A DNA stretch of 64,000 nucleotides from NCBI GenBank assembly GCA_047601445.1, contig JASGJH010000001.1, positions 8,608,001 through 8,672,000 on the forward strand. The letters run 5' to 3'. This document shows positions 37,171 to 49,940 of this stretch, piece by piece. The first letter of the stretch is position 1. Each line of letters begins with the position of its first letter. This DNA is from Myxococcales bacterium (lineage in GTDB: Bacteria; Myxococcota_A; Polyangia; Polyangiales; DASUME01). The notes below the pieces were generated by a model. It did no database searches and had not been told where the DNA came from. It was given only the letters and a program-made list of their open reading frames with translations. A program made the position numbers and the translations under genes.

Positions 37171-38196
37171 ATGCCGAACGCATTTATTTCGGGCACTGGT
37201 TTCTATGCACCGCCACGTGTTGTCACGAACGACGACCTGCGGACTCAGTACGGTCTGGACACGACGCACGACTGGATTGTTCAGCGCACCGGCATCGAGG
37301 AACGCCGTTTCGCCGAAGAGGGTGTCGGCAGCGCCGACCTCGCGGTGCCCGCTGTCGAGGCCGCGCTCAAGCGCGCCGGCTTGGAGAAGCGTGACATCGG
37401 CATGCTGATCTTCTGCACGCTCTCTCCCGAGCACTGTTTCCCGGGGTCCGGCGTGTTTCTGCAGCGCAAGCTCGGCTTCTGCGACATGGGGCACTTCGTT
37501 CCGGCGCTCGACGTCCGCAACCAGTGTTCTGGCTTCTTGTACGGTCTCTCCGTCGCCAACGCGATGGTGCGCTCCGGGACCTACAAGCACGTCCTGGTCG
37601 TGGGCGCCGAGACCCACTCGGCAGCGCTCGATCTCACCACGCGCGGCCGCCAGGTCGCGTCGCTATTCGGGGATGGAGCTGGCGCCGTGGTGGTAAGCGC
37701 CACGGAGGAACAGCGCGGCGTTCGCAGCGTGTACCTGGGAGCCGACGGTCGCTTCGCCGAGGTGCTGTGTCAGAAGGTCTGGGACATCACGAAGCGCCCC
37801 TTCATTCCGCAGAATGCGGAGGGCATCGGGCAGGTGTCGCCGGAGTCCATGTTCGCTCACATGGACGGGAAACAGGTCTTCCGCCACGCCGTGGAGCGCA
37901 TGGTGGGATCCCTGATGCAGGTGATGGCCGCCGAGCAGCTCACGCTCAAGGACATCGACCTTTTCCTTTTCCACCAGGCCAATCTGCGCATCAACCAGTA
38001 CATCCAGCAGGCCATCGGCGCGCCCGAGGACAAGTTCTTCAACAACATCATGCGCTACGGCAACACAACCGCCGCGACGCTCCCGAGCCTGCTCTACGAA
38101 GCGGAAGAAGCGGGCAAGCTGAAGCGTGGCATGAAGGTGGCCATGGTCGCGTTCGGCTCGGGCTTCACCTGGGGTTCGGCGATCCTCGAATGGTGA
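37171..38196 (+). CDS. fabH: 3-oxoacyl-ACP synthase III (FabH family)
   Basis: WIVQRTGIEERR, NQCSGF (Cys), LFGDGAGA, FHQAN (His), YGNT (Asn), AFGSGFTWG. Confidence 0.92.
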   Translation: MPNAFISGTGFYAPPRVVTNDDLRTQYGLDTTHDWIVQRTGIEERRFAEEGVGSADLAVPAVEAALKRAGLEKRDIGMLIFCTLSPEHCFPGSGVFLQRKLGFCDMGHFVPALDVRNQCSGFLYGLSVANAMVRSGTYKHVLVVGAETHSAALDLTTRGRQVASLFGDGAGAVVVSATEEQRGVRSVYLGADGRFAEVLCQKVWDITKRPFIPQNAEGIGQVSPESMFAHMDGKQVFRHAVERMVGSLMQVMAAEQLTLKDIDLFLFHQANLRINQYIQQAIGAPEDKFFNNIMRYGNTTAATLPSLLYEAEEAGKLKRGMKVAMVAFGSGFTWGSAILEW

Positions 38197-38250
38197 GGGC
38201 GACGCCTGCGGCCCGTGACCGGGCCGAGCGTGAGCCCACTGCGCGTTTTT

Positions 38251-38280
38251 GACGGCCGTGCTTCTGCGCACGGCCGTTTG
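38251..38280. terminator. Hairpin between convergent fabH and purL, probable terminator
   Basis: GACGGCCGTGC / GCACGGCCGTT stem, followed by TTG on the plus strand. Confidence 0.55.
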
Positions 38281-38324
38281 CTTCGTCCGCGGTCAGCCTA
38301 CGTCCATTTTGTTCGGGCCTGCGG

Positions 38325-41300
38325 TCAGCCCACGGCCACGCGCGCATTGCGGAACAGGCGCAGCCAGGGGCCGTCCTCGCGCCAAGCTGCAGGGCGCCAG
38401 GAGTACTGAACGGCGCGGAACACGCGCTCCGGGTGGGGCATCATGATGGTGACCCGACCGTCGGGCGTAGTGAGCGCAGTGAGCGCGCCCGGGGATCCGT
38501 TGGGGTTGAAGGGATAGCGCTGGGTGGGCGCGCCGTGGTTGTCCACGAAGCGGGCGGCGACGACGCCGGAACGCTCGAGCGCTTCGCGTGAGGCCTCCGA
38601 AGCGAACTCTGCGCGGCCTTCGCCGTGGGCCACCGTGATGGGGAGCACCGAGCCTTCCATGCCCTGGAAGAACAGTGAGGGCGACTTCTCCACGCGCACT
38701 AGCGACAAGCGCGCCTCGAATTGCTCGGAACGATTGCGCACGAAGCGGGGCCAGTTCTCGGCGCCCTGGATCAAGTCCTTGAGGTTCGACATCATCTGGC
38801 AGCCGTTGCAGACCCCGAGCGCGAAGGTGTCGCCGCGCGCGAAGAAGGCGGCGAAGGCGTCGCGCGCGCGCGCATTGAACAAGATCGACTTGGCCCAACC
38901 TTCGCCCGCGCCGAGCACGTCGCCATAGGAGAAACCGCCGCACGCGGCGATGCCCTTGAAGGCGCCGAGGTCGACGCGGCCGGACAGCACGTCGCTCATG
39001 TGCACGTCGACGGCGGTGAAGCCGGCGCGATCGAAGGCGGCGGCCATCTCCACCTGTCCGTTTACGCCTTGCTCCCGCAGGATGCCCACGGCGGGGCGAA
39101 CTCCGCGCGCGATGTAGGGGGCCGCGACGTCTTGCTCCACGTCGAAGCTCGGCGCGGCGAACTGTCCGGGATCGGTGGGGTCAGTGCGAGCCTGGTGCTC
39201 TTCGGCAGCGCAGCCGGCGTCGTCGCGGATGGCCTGCATCTGGAACGACGTGTCGGACCAGGCCTTGCGCAACTCGTGTCGGCTCTGCCGCAGCAGGGTT
39301 TGACCGGCGCGCACGATGTGCACTTCGTGACCGGAGGTAGCGCGACCGATTTCGTGCAGCAGGCTCTCGAGGCTCGCGGCCCGGGCGATCTCGCGCACCC
39401 GCTGGAGCTTGTCGCGCGGCACTTCGAGCACCGCGCCGAGTTCTTCGTTGAACAGCACGGTGGCAGAGTCACCGGAGAGGCTCGTCAGGTCGAGCTCGAG
39501 CCCGGCGCCTCCCGCAAACGCCATCTCCAACAAGGTCACCACGAGGCCGCCGTCCGAACGATCGTGATAGGCGGTGATGAGTCCTTCGCGGTGGAAGGTC
39601 TGCATGACCTCGAAGAAGCTGCGCAAGCGAGCCGGCTCGTCCACGTCCGGGGCAGCCTCACCAAGGACGCTATGCACCTGGCACAGGGCGCTGCCGCCGA
39701 GTCGCTGTTTGCCAGCGGCTAGATCCACGAACACCAACACCTGGTCGCGCTCCGGGTGCAGCTCCGGAGTCAGCACGCCGCGCACATCGCTAACCGGCGC
39801 GAAGCCCGTGACAATCAGGGACAGCGGGGCGGTCACGCTCTTGGACACACCGTCGGCCTGCCATACGGTGCGCATCGACATGGAGTCCTTGCCCACCGGG
39901 ATCGCGATCCCCAGGGCGGGACACAGTTCCTTGCCCACAGCCTGCACTGCCTCGTAGAGGCGCGCGTCTTCGCCGGGGTAGGAGGCCGCGGCCATCCAGT
40001 TGGCCGACAGCTTGATCCGCCCGAGGTCCGCGATGGGGGCGGCCGCGATGTTGGTCACCACCTCCGCCACCGCCATGCGCGCCGACGCTCCCGCGCTCAG
40101 CAGCGCGAGCGGCGTTCGTTCTCCCATCGCCATCGCCTCGCCCGTGGTGACGTCGTAGCTGGTGGTGGTCACCGCCACGTCCGCCACGGGAACTTGATAG
40201 CGCCCTACCATTTGATCGCGCGTGACCATCCCGGTGACGCTGCGATCCCCGATCGTGATCAAGAAGGTCTTGTCGGCCACGGTGGGTAACGTGAGGACCT
40301 TCTGCAGGCTGCTCGGCAGGTCGAGCTTGCTGGTGTCGAACGCGCGCGTCGGTACCGCGATGCTCTTCACGTCGCGGCGCATCTTGGGGGGCTTTCCCAG
40401 TAGCACCGAGAGCGGCATATCGATGGGGCGATTGCGGAAATGCGCATCTTCCACCACCAGCTGTCCGGCCTCCGTGGCGCGGCCGAGCACGGCGTAGGGT
40501 GCACGCTCGCGCTGACACAGCTCCTCGAAGCGCGCCAGGCCCTCGGCGGACACTGCGAGCACATAGCGCTCCTGGGCTTCGTTGCACCAGATCTCGAGCG
40601 GCGACATGCCCGGTTCGTCGTTGGGAACCTTACGCAACGCGAACTGCGCGCCGCGCTTGGACTCGTTGACCAGCTCGGGCAAGGCGTTGGAGAGTCCTCC
40701 CGCGCCCACGTCGTGGATGGACACGATGGGACTGTCGTCTCCGAGCGAACAGCAGCGGTCGATGACCTCCTGGCAGCGTCGCTGCATCTCGGCGTTGTCA
40801 CGCTGCACCGACGCAAAGTCCAGGTCCTCGGCCGAAGAGCCGGCCGCCACGGAGGAGGCCGCGCCGCCGCCGAGACCAATCAACATGGCAGGCCCGCCGA
40901 GTACCACGATGGCCGCGCCAGCGGGGATCTCCTGCTTCTGCACGTGCTCCGCGCGCACGTTGCCGAAGCCGCCTGCGATCATGATCGGCTTGTGGTAGCC
41001 GCGAACCTCGCGCCCCGCGTGGCCCTCCACTTCGAGCTCGAAGGTGCGGAAGTAGCCGTTGAGGGCAGGGCGCCCGAACTCGTTGTTGAAGGCGGCGCCG
41101 CCGAGCGGGCCGTCGAGCATGATCTCGAGCGCGCTCGCGGTGCGTCCAGGCTTGCCATAGTCCACCTCCCATGAGCGCTCGGCACCGGGGATGCGTAGGT
41201 TCGACACGCTGAAGCCGACCAGGCCCGCCTTGGGCTTGCTGCCGCGACCCACCGCACCTTCGTCGCGAATCTCGCCGCCCGAGCCCGTGGCCGCGCCGGG

Positions 41301-42209
41301 GTAGGGCGAGATCGCGGTCGGATGGTTGTGGGTCTCGACCTTCATCAACATGTGCACCGGCTCCTGATGGGCGCGGTACACGTGGTCGTTCAGATCGGGG
41401 AAGAAGCGGCCCGCTTTCGGGCCCTCGATCACGGCGGCATTGTCCTTGTACGCAGAGAGCACGCCGCCTGGGCTGGCCTCCGTGCTGCGCCGGATCATGC
41501 GGAACAGGGAGTCCGCCTTGGACTCGCCGTCGATCACGTAGTCCGCGTTGAAGATCTTGTGCCGGCAGTGCTCGCTGTTGGCCTGGGCGAACATCATCAA
41601 CTCGACGTCATTGGGATCACGCCCGAGCTCTTGAAAAGCCGAGGCCAAGTAGTCGATCTCGTCCTCCGACAGCGCGAGGCCCATGCTCCGGTTCGCCGCC
41701 ACGAGCGCGGAGCGACCCTCGGACAACAGGGGCACCGAGCGCAGTGGCCTGGGTGCCTCGTGCTTGAACAGCGCATCGAGCTGCGCCTCGCTCTCGAGCA
41801 CCGCCTCGGTCATGCGGTCATGCAAGCATGCGCGCAGCGCCGTGGGATCGGCCGGCGTTCCAGTCCAGGCGTAGCGGATGCCGCGCTCGATACGCCGCAC
41901 GTTCTGCAGCCCGCACAGGTGAGCGATGTCGGTCGCCTTCGATGACCACGGGCTAATGGTGCCCAGGCGCGGCACCACGAACACGCCCTGGGTCGGTCCC
42001 CCGAGCGCTGCAGCCTCCTGCCGGGGTCCATAGCGCAAGAGTTGCCCCAACACGTCGCGCTCGCGCGCGTCGAGCTCACCGGCCACCTCGACCAGATGAA
42101 CGAAGTGAGCGCTCAACCCGCTGATGCCGGGGTTCTGAGCCTGAATGCGCGTGAGGCGCTTTTGGAGACGGGCCGGGGAGAACGCGGGGCTGCCTTGAAG
42201 GACCAACAT
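38325..42209 (-). CDS. purL: Phosphoribosylformylglycinamidine synthase, large fused type
   Basis: [47 protein letters not shown], glutaminase GVCNGCQ and MMPHPER. Confidence 0.98.
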   Translation of the reverse strand: MLVLQGSPAFSPARLQKRLTRIQAQNPGISGLSAHFVHLVEVAGELDARERDVLGQLLRYGPRQEAAALGGPTQGVFVVPRLGTISPWSSKATDIAHLCGLQNVRRIERGIRYAWTGTPADPTALRACLHDRMTEAVLESEAQLDALFKHEAPRPLRSVPLLSEGRSALVAANRSMGLALSEDEIDYLASAFQELGRDPNDVELMMFAQANSEHCRHKIFNADYVIDGESKADSLFRMIRRSTEASPGGVLSAYKDNAAVIEGPKAGRFFPDLNDHVYRAHQEPVHMLMKVETHNHPTAISPYPGAATGSGGEIRDEGAVGRGSKPKAGLVGFSVSNLRIPGAERSWEVDYGKPGRTASALEIMLDGPLGGAAFNNEFGRPALNGYFRTFELEVEGHAGREVRGYHKPIMIAGGFGNVRAEHVQKQEIPAGAAIVVLGGPAMLIGLGGGAASSVAAGSSAEDLDFASVQRDNAEMQRRCQEVIDRCCSLGDDSPIVSIHDVGAGGLSNALPELVNESKRGAQFALRKVPNDEPGMSPLEIWCNEAQERYVLAVSAEGLARFEELCQRERAPYAVLGRATEAGQLVVEDAHFRNRPIDMPLSVLLGKPPKMRRDVKSIAVPTRAFDTSKLDLPSSLQKVLTLPTVADKTFLITIGDRSVTGMVTRDQMVGRYQVPVADVAVTTTSYDVTTGEAMAMGERTPLALLSAGASARMAVAEVVTNIAAAPIADLGRIKLSANWMAAASYPGEDARLYEAVQAVGKELCPALGIAIPVGKDSMSMRTVWQADGVSKSVTAPLSLIVTGFAPVSDVRGVLTPELHPERDQVLVFVDLAAGKQRLGGSALCQVHSVLGEAAPDVDEPARLRSFFEVMQTFHREGLITAYHDRSDGGLVVTLLEMAFAGGAGLELDLTSLSGDSATVLFNEELGAVLEVPRDKLQRVREIARAASLESLLHEIGRATSGHEVHIVRAGQTLLRQSRHELRKAWSDTSFQMQAIRDDAGCAAEEHQARTDPTDPGQFAAPSFDVEQDVAAPYIARGVRPAVGILREQGVNGQVEMAAAFDRAGFTAVDVHMSDVLSGRVDLGAFKGIAACGGFSYGDVLGAGEGWAKSILFNARARDAFAAFFARGDTFALGVCNGCQMMSNLKDLIQGAENWPRFVRNRSEQFEARLSLVRVEKSPSLFFQGMEGSVLPITVAHGEGRAEFASEASREALERSGVVAARFVDNHGAPTQRYPFNPNGSPGALTALTTPDGRVTIMMPHPERVFRAVQYSWRPAAWREDGPWLRLFRNARVAVG

Positions 42210-42233
42210 GCGTCCATCCTGGACCGGAACGTG

Positions 42234-42284
42234 CCATCGGCAAACCCCATGATGAGTGATATCATCCATCGGAAACGCTAATGG
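42234..42284. promoter_or_regulatory. Putative LysR (T-N11-A) binding boxes in the purL/lysR divergent spacer
   Basis: ATCGGCAAACCCCAT (42236-42250) and ATCGGAAACGCTAAT (42268-42282), both AT-N11-AT and both preceded by CC. Confidence 0.5.
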
Positions 42285-43250
42285 ATATCCCGGAGCTCCA
42301 CGCCGATCGTTTACGCGCCTTTCTCGCCGTCGCTCGCGAGGGCGGCTTCTCGCGTGCCGCGCGCGCGCTCGGGCGCACCCAATCCTCCTTGAGTCAGGCC
42401 GTGCGGGCGCTGGAGCTCGAGCTCGGTGAGACCCTGTTCGTGCGCGACGCCCGCGACATCGAGCTCACCGAGGCCGGCCAAATTCTGCGCGAGCACGCCG
42501 AGCGCGCCTTTCAGGAGAATCGCACGCGCGCGGGACGCCTTGTTGTCGCTGCGCAAGCTCACCCGAGGCACCTTGCGCGTCGGCACCAGTGACACGCTGG
42601 CGACCTACGTGTTGCCGGCGGTGTTCGCGGCCTTTCGCGCGCGCTACCCGGCGGTGGAGCTGCGCCTCCACAACCGCACCTCGCCAGCGGTGGCTGCTCA
42701 GGTCGCCGAACGCTCGGTGGACCTTGGCGTACTCTCGCTGCCCCTGCCCGACGATCTCAAGCTCGCGGGGCAACCGGCGCACGAGCTGGTGCGGCTCGAG
42801 GTGCTGGCCTCGCAGGAAGACGTCCTGATCTGTCCGCCCAACCATCCACTCGCGGGGCGCCGCACCGTGAGCCTGGCGTCCCTGGCGGGCGAACCGATGG
42901 TGATGCTGGATCGCAGCACCGCCAGCCGCGCCGTGTTCGACGCGGGCATGAGCGCGCTGGCGGCGCGCCCCCAGGTCGTGATGGAGATGAGCAGCGTCGA
43001 GGTGCTCAAGCGTCTAGTGGAGCTGGGCTTTGGGCTCTCGGTGGTGCCGGCCTTCGCCGCGCGCCGCGAGACGGCGCAAGGCAGCCTGCGCGCCATCCGC
43101 CTCAAGGGCTTGCCCGCGCGCCAAATCGGCCTCGCGACGCCCACGGTCGGGCCGCTCTCGCACGCCGCGCGGGCCTTCGTGGAGGTGCTCCGCGCGGAGC
43201 TCGAGAGCCTTCCACTCTCTAGGAGCGATTCGGCTGCAGCACGGCGCTGA
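42281..43250 (+). CDS. LysR family transcriptional regulator; apparent +1 frameshift at 42517-42521
   Basis: [38 protein letters not shown]; reading GAATC as GATC joins it to [16 protein letters not shown] substrate-binding domain (span 970 = 969+1). Confidence 0.9.
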
Positions 43251-43678
43251 CCGCTTCGAGTAGATCCGGCGGGCGAAACGGCTTGGGCAACACCAGAATC
43301 GGGCCGCTCTTCGGAGCGCTCCGCTAGCTCGACCGCGTTCACGTACCCGGTCATCAACACGATGCGCGTCTCGGGCGAGAGCTTGCGCAGTTCACGGATC
43401 AGCGCGAAGCCATCCATCTCGGGCATTGCCAGGTCGGTCACCACCACGTCGATGGGCACCACGCGCGAGCGCACGAAGCCCAGCGCGGCGCGCCCGTCTT
43501 CGGCGGAGTGGGCATCGTAGCCCGCCTCTTCCAAGACGTGCTGGGCCAGGTGGCGGATGACCGGAGTGTCGTCGACCAGGAGCACGCTCGCGAGCCGGCG
43601 CTTCGGTGTGTCACGCTCGGCACCCTCCTGCGCTGCTTCCGCTGCGTTTGGGGAGGTTTCTGTCGGGTCGAGTGACAT
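43219..43678 (-). CDS. Single-domain response regulator (receiver); apparent +1 frameshift at 43296-43300
   Basis: VLLVDD, VVTDLAMPEMDG, LMTGY; removing one base restores [25 protein letters not shown] (span 460 = 459+1). Confidence 0.88.
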
Positions 43679-43714
43679 CGCTCAGAAAGTGTACACGCTG
43701 GTAACGGTCGAGGC

Positions 43715-45085
<1,371 letters not shown>

Positions 45086-46696
45086 GAGATGATCTCGCCT
45101 TGCTGTCTCGTCGAGGGCCGTTGGGCACTGCGTGGACTCGGGCAGGGCTCAGCGGCGATAGCGCGTAGGGCGCGCGGATTTCGCGCTCGAGGAGCCGAGC
45201 CAACAAGGCCGGAACGAGCGCATCAGCACCGAACCGCTCGAGCAAACGAGCGGCTAGATCCTGGGTTTCGCGGCTGGTTTCTACTTCGCCGCCAAGTTCT
45301 TCAAACAGACGCTCTTCGCGCGCACGGGCCACTTGGGCCGGGGTCGGCGCAGGCAATAGCTCCGCAAAGATGCCGGCACCGCGCAGCAACGACTCCGCGT
45401 AGCGGTGGGCCGTGGTGGGGACCAGCATGATGCTCAAGCCCTTGCGACCCGCGCGTCCGGTGCGACCGCTGCGGTGGGTCAACGTCTCCGGGGACTCGGG
45501 GAGCTCGGCGTGGATGACCCGCACCACCTCCGGCACGTCGATGCCGCGCGAGGCCACGTCGGTGCAAACCAGCGTGGTGATCGCGCCGCGGCGGAAAGCT
45601 TCCAGGGTGCGCGTGCGCTCGGCCTGGGCCATTTCGCCGCTCAAGCCACCGGCCCGGAAGCCATCGTCGCACAGGCGCGAGGCCACCTCGGTGACGTCGG
45701 CGCGCGTGCGCACGAAGATCAGCGTGCGGTCATCCGGGTTGAGCAGGAGCACGTTCACGAGCGCGAAGTAGCGCTCGCGCGGGAGCACCGCGTAGGCCAC
45801 GTGCGTGATGTCGGAGTGCGCTTCGTCGGGCGCGCTGCCGGTGACCAACACCGCGTCCCTCTTCTGGAAGCGAGAGGCCAGGCTCTGCACGGAGCGCGGG
45901 AAGGTGGCGCTCACCAGGTGGCGCCGACAATCCTCGGACAGCGCGCTCAGCAGGGTTTCGAGTGCTTCCCGGAAGCCAAGGTCCAGCATCTGGTCGGCCT
46001 CGTCGAGCACGATGGCCTCGGCGGCCCCGAGGTCGAGTGCGCCGCGCGACATGTGATCGCACAAACGTCCGGGGGTGCCCACGACAACGGTCGGGCTCTG
46101 GGCGAGCGCACGGCGCTCGAGCCCCACGCTGGTGCCTCCCGTAACGACGCACACGCGCACCCGCAGGCCAGCGTAGAGCCATTCGAGCTCCTTGCCGATC
46201 TGGGCAGCAAGTTCGCGGGTGGGCGCCACCAGCAGCATGCGTGGCTTGGCGCACAACGAGGCGGCTGCGCCGTTGCCGGCGGGCACGTGGTCGGCGAGCT
46301 TCTGCCCGAGCACCAGCCCGAGCGCCACCGTCTTACCGGAGCCGGTGCGCGAGGAGATGCGGAGGTCACGCCCAGCGAGATCAGGCGACAACACGGCCTC
46401 CTGAATCGGGGTCAGGCTCGTGAAACCGCGCTGCGTGAGCGCGCTGGCGAGGCCCTGGGGAAGGGCGGAAAAGGCGTCGGCGACCATAAAAAGTGCGGGA
46501 GACTGACAGACGAGGCCCCCGAAGTCGAGGCCCCGAGCGCGCTTCGTCCCAAGTAGGTAGGGCGAGCACGGTCTTCACCCGCCGCTCTTCACCAGCGCAA
46601 ACGTGCGGCCCGCAGGCGGGACGTGCCGCGTCGTGCGAAACATGCACGGAGCACGTTGCCCTGTCCTGCCTCCGCCCGGCAACGCGCCGAGGGAGC

Positions 46697-46984
46697 TCAG
46701 TTCTCGCGCTCCTTGAGCTGCTCCCGCACTCGCGCGTAGCCGTTGCGAAGCTCTTCCACCAGGACCTTGGCGGCGCTCGAAATGTCCTTCAAGGGTTGCT
46801 CGGCGCCGTTTCGGGTCTGTTGCACCTGCTCTTGCACGCGCTGCCAGGTGGATTCCAGCTTGGCCCATTCGCTCTTGGCGTCGGCCTTGGCCAGGTGTAC
46901 CTGGAGTTTCAGCTCGTCGCGCGCTTTCTCCAGCAATTCGAGGTCCTTCTGCCAGGTGTCTCGCATCTCTTGCGTTGGGCGCAT
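46697..46984 (-). CDS. Small coiled-coil hypothetical protein
   Basis: RBS GGAGG; RDELKLQVHLAKADAKSEWAKLE amphipathic helices. Confidence 0.75.
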   Translation of the reverse strand: MRPTQEMRDTWQKDLELLEKARDELKLQVHLAKADAKSEWAKLESTWQRVQEQVQQTRNGAEQPLKDISSAAKVLVEELRNGYARVREQLKEREN

Positions 46985-47068
46985 CGCTTTCCTCCCGTTG
47001 TGCTCGGACTTCGCCGGGTCGGAAGGTAGGCTCTGCGCGCGGCCTCGAAAGCGCCCGGCTCGAATCCG

Positions 47069-47860
47069 TTAGCGACGCTTGGCCTTGCGGCTGCGGCTGC
47101 CGATCTTGGCCAGCTCGCCGGACTCCACCAGCTTGCGCATGCCGCGCTCCATCTCCCGCCCGAAGATGAGGCGTACGGCCTCGATGCCGGTGGGCCGCAG
47201 GGCCTGGAGCAGCTTGACCGGCTCGCGGATTTCGATGTGGCCATCCCCGGCGCGCTTCACGAACAGGCTCACGAGATCCGCCACGGCGCGCCCGATGTGC
47301 TTGCGAACCAGCTCACCAGCGAGCACGGCGGTCTCCAGGTCGATGCCCACGCCGTCGAGCTTCATGATGACCTGCAGCAGAGCTGGGCTCGCCACCAGGT
47401 AGACCTCACCGCGCCGCTCCACGACCTCCGCGCGCACCAGGTCCGCGATCAGCCCTGGCCGCTCACTGCCCAGGAACTCCACCAGTTCTGCTTCGCTCAT
47501 GGTGCGGGCGTGGTCGTTGACCCAGGGGGTCTGGACCTGTTGCTCGATCCCGAGCAGCTCCGGCAGGTCGAGCTCGCCGCGGTCGATGCTGGTGACCACG
47601 TCGCGGATCGCGTCCATGCGCAGGCCCCGGTCCTGGAGCCGCGCGATCAACTTGAGGCGCTCGATGTGAGCCGCCCCGTAATAGGCCACGCGACCGCGCA
47701 GCTCGGGGGCCATCAAAGCTCCGCGCGACTGATAGAAGCGGATGGTCCGGCTGGGGACCCGCGCCGCCGCGGCAAGTTCGTCGATGGTGTATTCGGGGGC
47801 CTTGGGGTCGCTCGGTTCGCCTGCTGCCATGGACACAGGGGAGGGTAGCGCGATAGCCAT
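47069..47860 (-). CDS. MerR family transcriptional regulator
   Basis: YTIDELAAAARVPSRTIRFYQSRGAL...YYGAAHIERLKLIARLQDRG; alternative start at 47830. Confidence 0.9.
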   Translation of the reverse strand: MAIALPSPVSMAAGEPSDPKAPEYTIDELAAAARVPSRTIRFYQSRGALMAPELRGRVAYYGAAHIERLKLIARLQDRGLRMDAIRDVVTSIDRGELDLPELLGIEQQVQTPWVNDHARTMSEAELVEFLGSERPGLIADLVRAEVVERRGEVYLVASPALLQVIMKLDGVGIDLETAVLAGELVRKHIGRAVADLVSLFVKRAGDGHIEIREPVKLLQALRPTGIEAVRLIFGREMERGMRKLVESGELAKIGSRSRKAKRR

Positions 47861-47895
47861 GTCTCTCACAAAGGGACTCCTACGTCTTGATGGTG

Positions 47896-47926
47896 CAGTA
47901 ATAACTGTAACAGTGTTTGGTGTCAA
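47896..47926 (-). promoter_or_regulatory. Promoter with TTGACA -35 and palindromic operator in the spacer
   Basis: Minus strand TTGACA-ccaaacACTGTTACAGT-TATTAC; palindrome ACTGT-N-ACAGT at 47904-47914. Confidence 0.55.
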
Positions 47927-48031
47927 GGTTGTTGGCTGGACCAGACACGCGTTCTCTCCTTTTCAGGGGCCCGACCATCCAGCATGTTCGCGCCCGGAGC
48001 GCGCCCCAGCGGGGCCCGGAGGCAGGTTTTC

Positions 48032-48802
48032 ATGAGTGGCATTCCTTCGTTTGATCTGGCCGGCAAAGTGGCCATCGTGACTGGCGCGAGCCGAGGCATC
48101 GGCGCCTCCATCGCCAAGGCACTGGCCGCTCACAACGCCCACGTGGTGCTCTCCAGCCGCAAGCCCGAGGGCTGCGACGCCGTGGCTGCGGAGATCCGGG
48201 CGGCGGGTGGCTCGGCCGAGGTCGTCGCCTGTCACATCGGCGATCTCGAGGCCATCGAGAACCTGCTGCAGACGGTGGAGACCAGGCACGGGAAGATCGA
48301 CATTCTGGTCAACAACGCCGCGGCCAACCCGCATTTCGGCCCCATCTGGGAGACTGATGTCGGCGCGTTCCAGAAGACGATCGACGTGAACATCCGGGGC
48401 TACTTCTTCATCTCGCAGGGCGCGGTCAAGCGCATGGCCAAGCAGAAGTCCGGCGTGATCGTCAACGTGGCCTCCATCAACGGCTTCATCCCGGGCCCGC
48501 TGCAGGGCATCTACTCGATCACCAAGGCCGCCATCCTCTCGATGACCAAAGCCTTCGCTCGCGAGTGCGCCCCGCTCGGAATCCGCGTGAACGCGTTGGC
48601 CCCCGGTGCCACCGACACCAAGTTCGCCTCGGCGCTGGTGAAGAACGACGCCATCCGCAACAAGATGCTGGAGCACGTCCCGATGAACCGCGTGGCCGAG
48701 CCCGACGAGATGGCCGGTGCGGTGCTGTACCTGGTATCGCCCGCCGCCAGCTACACCACGGGCGCCTGTCTCACCGTCGACGGCGGCTACCTGGTTGCTT
48801 GA
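48032..48802 (+). CDS. SDR family oxidoreductase
   Basis: TGASRGIG, DILVNNAA, ASING, YSITK (YxxxK), VNALAPG, VDGG. Confidence 0.95.
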   Translation: MSGIPSFDLAGKVAIVTGASRGIGASIAKALAAHNAHVVLSSRKPEGCDAVAAEIRAAGGSAEVVACHIGDLEAIENLLQTVETRHGKIDILVNNAAANPHFGPIWETDVGAFQKTIDVNIRGYFFISQGAVKRMAKQKSGVIVNVASINGFIPGPLQGIYSITKAAILSMTKAFARECAPLGIRVNALAPGATDTKFASALVKNDAIRNKMLEHVPMNRVAEPDEMAGAVLYLVSPAASYTTGACLTVDGGYLVA

Positions 48803-48804
48803 CC

Positions 48805-49875
48805 ATGACGCTACTCGACGAGCCACGGCAGATCCGCGAGGGAGAAGAGCTCGATGAGCTCAAGTTGGACGCTTATCTCAAGGGGCTCAGCCTGGGCCTC
48901 GAGGGAGCGCTGGAAGTTGCTCAGTACCCGGGTGGCGCCTCCAACCTGACCTACCTACTGCGCTATCCGGGCCGACATCTGGTGCTGCGGCGACCGCCCT
49001 TCGGACACAAGGCCAAGGGAGCCCACGACATGCTGCGCGAGGCCCGCTTGATGGCCCAGCTGCGCCCCGTGTACCCCTACGTGCCGCACGTGCTGGCCAT
49101 CTGCGCCGACAGCGAGCTGCTCGGTTCGGAGTTCTACGTGATGGAGCGCTTGGTCGGCGTGATCCCACGCCGTGACATGCCCGCCGAGCTCGCGCTCGAT
49201 GAGGCGCGCACGCGGGCGCTGTGCCTGGAGATGCTCGATCGGCTGATCGAGCTGCATCGAGTGGACTATCGAGCGGCCGGGCTCGCCGGGCTGGGGAAGG
49301 GCGAGGGCTACGTGGGCCGTCAGGTCGCGGGCTGGACCGACCGCTTCGCCCGCGCCCGCACGGCGGACGTGCCCGATTTCGTGCGCGTGATGGACTGGCT
49401 GCGCGAACACATGCCGCCGCGGGACGTGGCCACCTGCCTGATTCACAACGACTACCGCTTCGACAACACGGTGTTGTCCGTGCCCGAGGCGCAGGCCGGC
49501 GCGCTGCGTGTGATCGGCGTGCTCGACTGGGAGATGGCCACGCTCGGGGATCCGCTGATGGACCTGGGCGGCACGCTGGCCTACTGGGTTCAGGCCGACG
49601 ACCCCGCGTGGCGCCTGGACGCGCGCCTCCAGCCCACCCACTTGCCGGGGATGCTCAAGCGCAGCGAGGTCATGGACTACTACGCCTCGCGCACCGGATT
49701 CGCGGTGGAGAATTTCGGTTTTTACGAGGTTTTTGGCCATTTTAGGCTCGCGGCGATCCTGCAGCAGATCTACTTCCGTTACTTCCACAAGCAGACCGAC
49801 AACCCGGCCTTTGCGGACTTTGGCCAGCGGGTCACGAACCTGCACCAGGAGTGCCTGCGCTTGATGGGCAGCTGA
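48805..49875 (+). CDS. APH-family phosphotransferase, ACAD10/11 N-terminal kinase-like
   Basis: GGASNLTY, VLRRPP, AHDMLRE, FYVME, IHNDYRFDN, VLDWEMATLGDPLMDLG. Confidence 0.92.
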   Translation: MTLLDEPRQIREGEELDELKLDAYLKGLSLGLEGALEVAQYPGGASNLTYLLRYPGRHLVLRRPPFGHKAKGAHDMLREARLMAQLRPVYPYVPHVLAICADSELLGSEFYVMERLVGVIPRRDMPAELALDEARTRALCLEMLDRLIELHRVDYRAAGLAGLGKGEGYVGRQVAGWTDRFARARTADVPDFVRVMDWLREHMPPRDVATCLIHNDYRFDNTVLSVPEAQAGALRVIGVLDWEMATLGDPLMDLGGTLAYWVQADDPAWRLDARLQPTHLPGMLKRSEVMDYYASRTGFAVENFGFYEVFGHFRLAAILQQIYFRYFHKQTDNPAFADFGQRVTNLHQECLRLMGS

Positions 49876-49940
49876 GGCGCTTTGGCAGCCTCGACAATCA
49901 TTCGCTTCGAGGGCCTCCACGTAGAATACTCCTAGGGCCC

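Noticed and set aside
42281..43678. LysR and receiver (and the NRPS and 23315 lipoprotein) as pseudogenes
   Set aside because: Each has a single lesion at the same pentamer and otherwise intact motifs; an artefact is more parsimonious.
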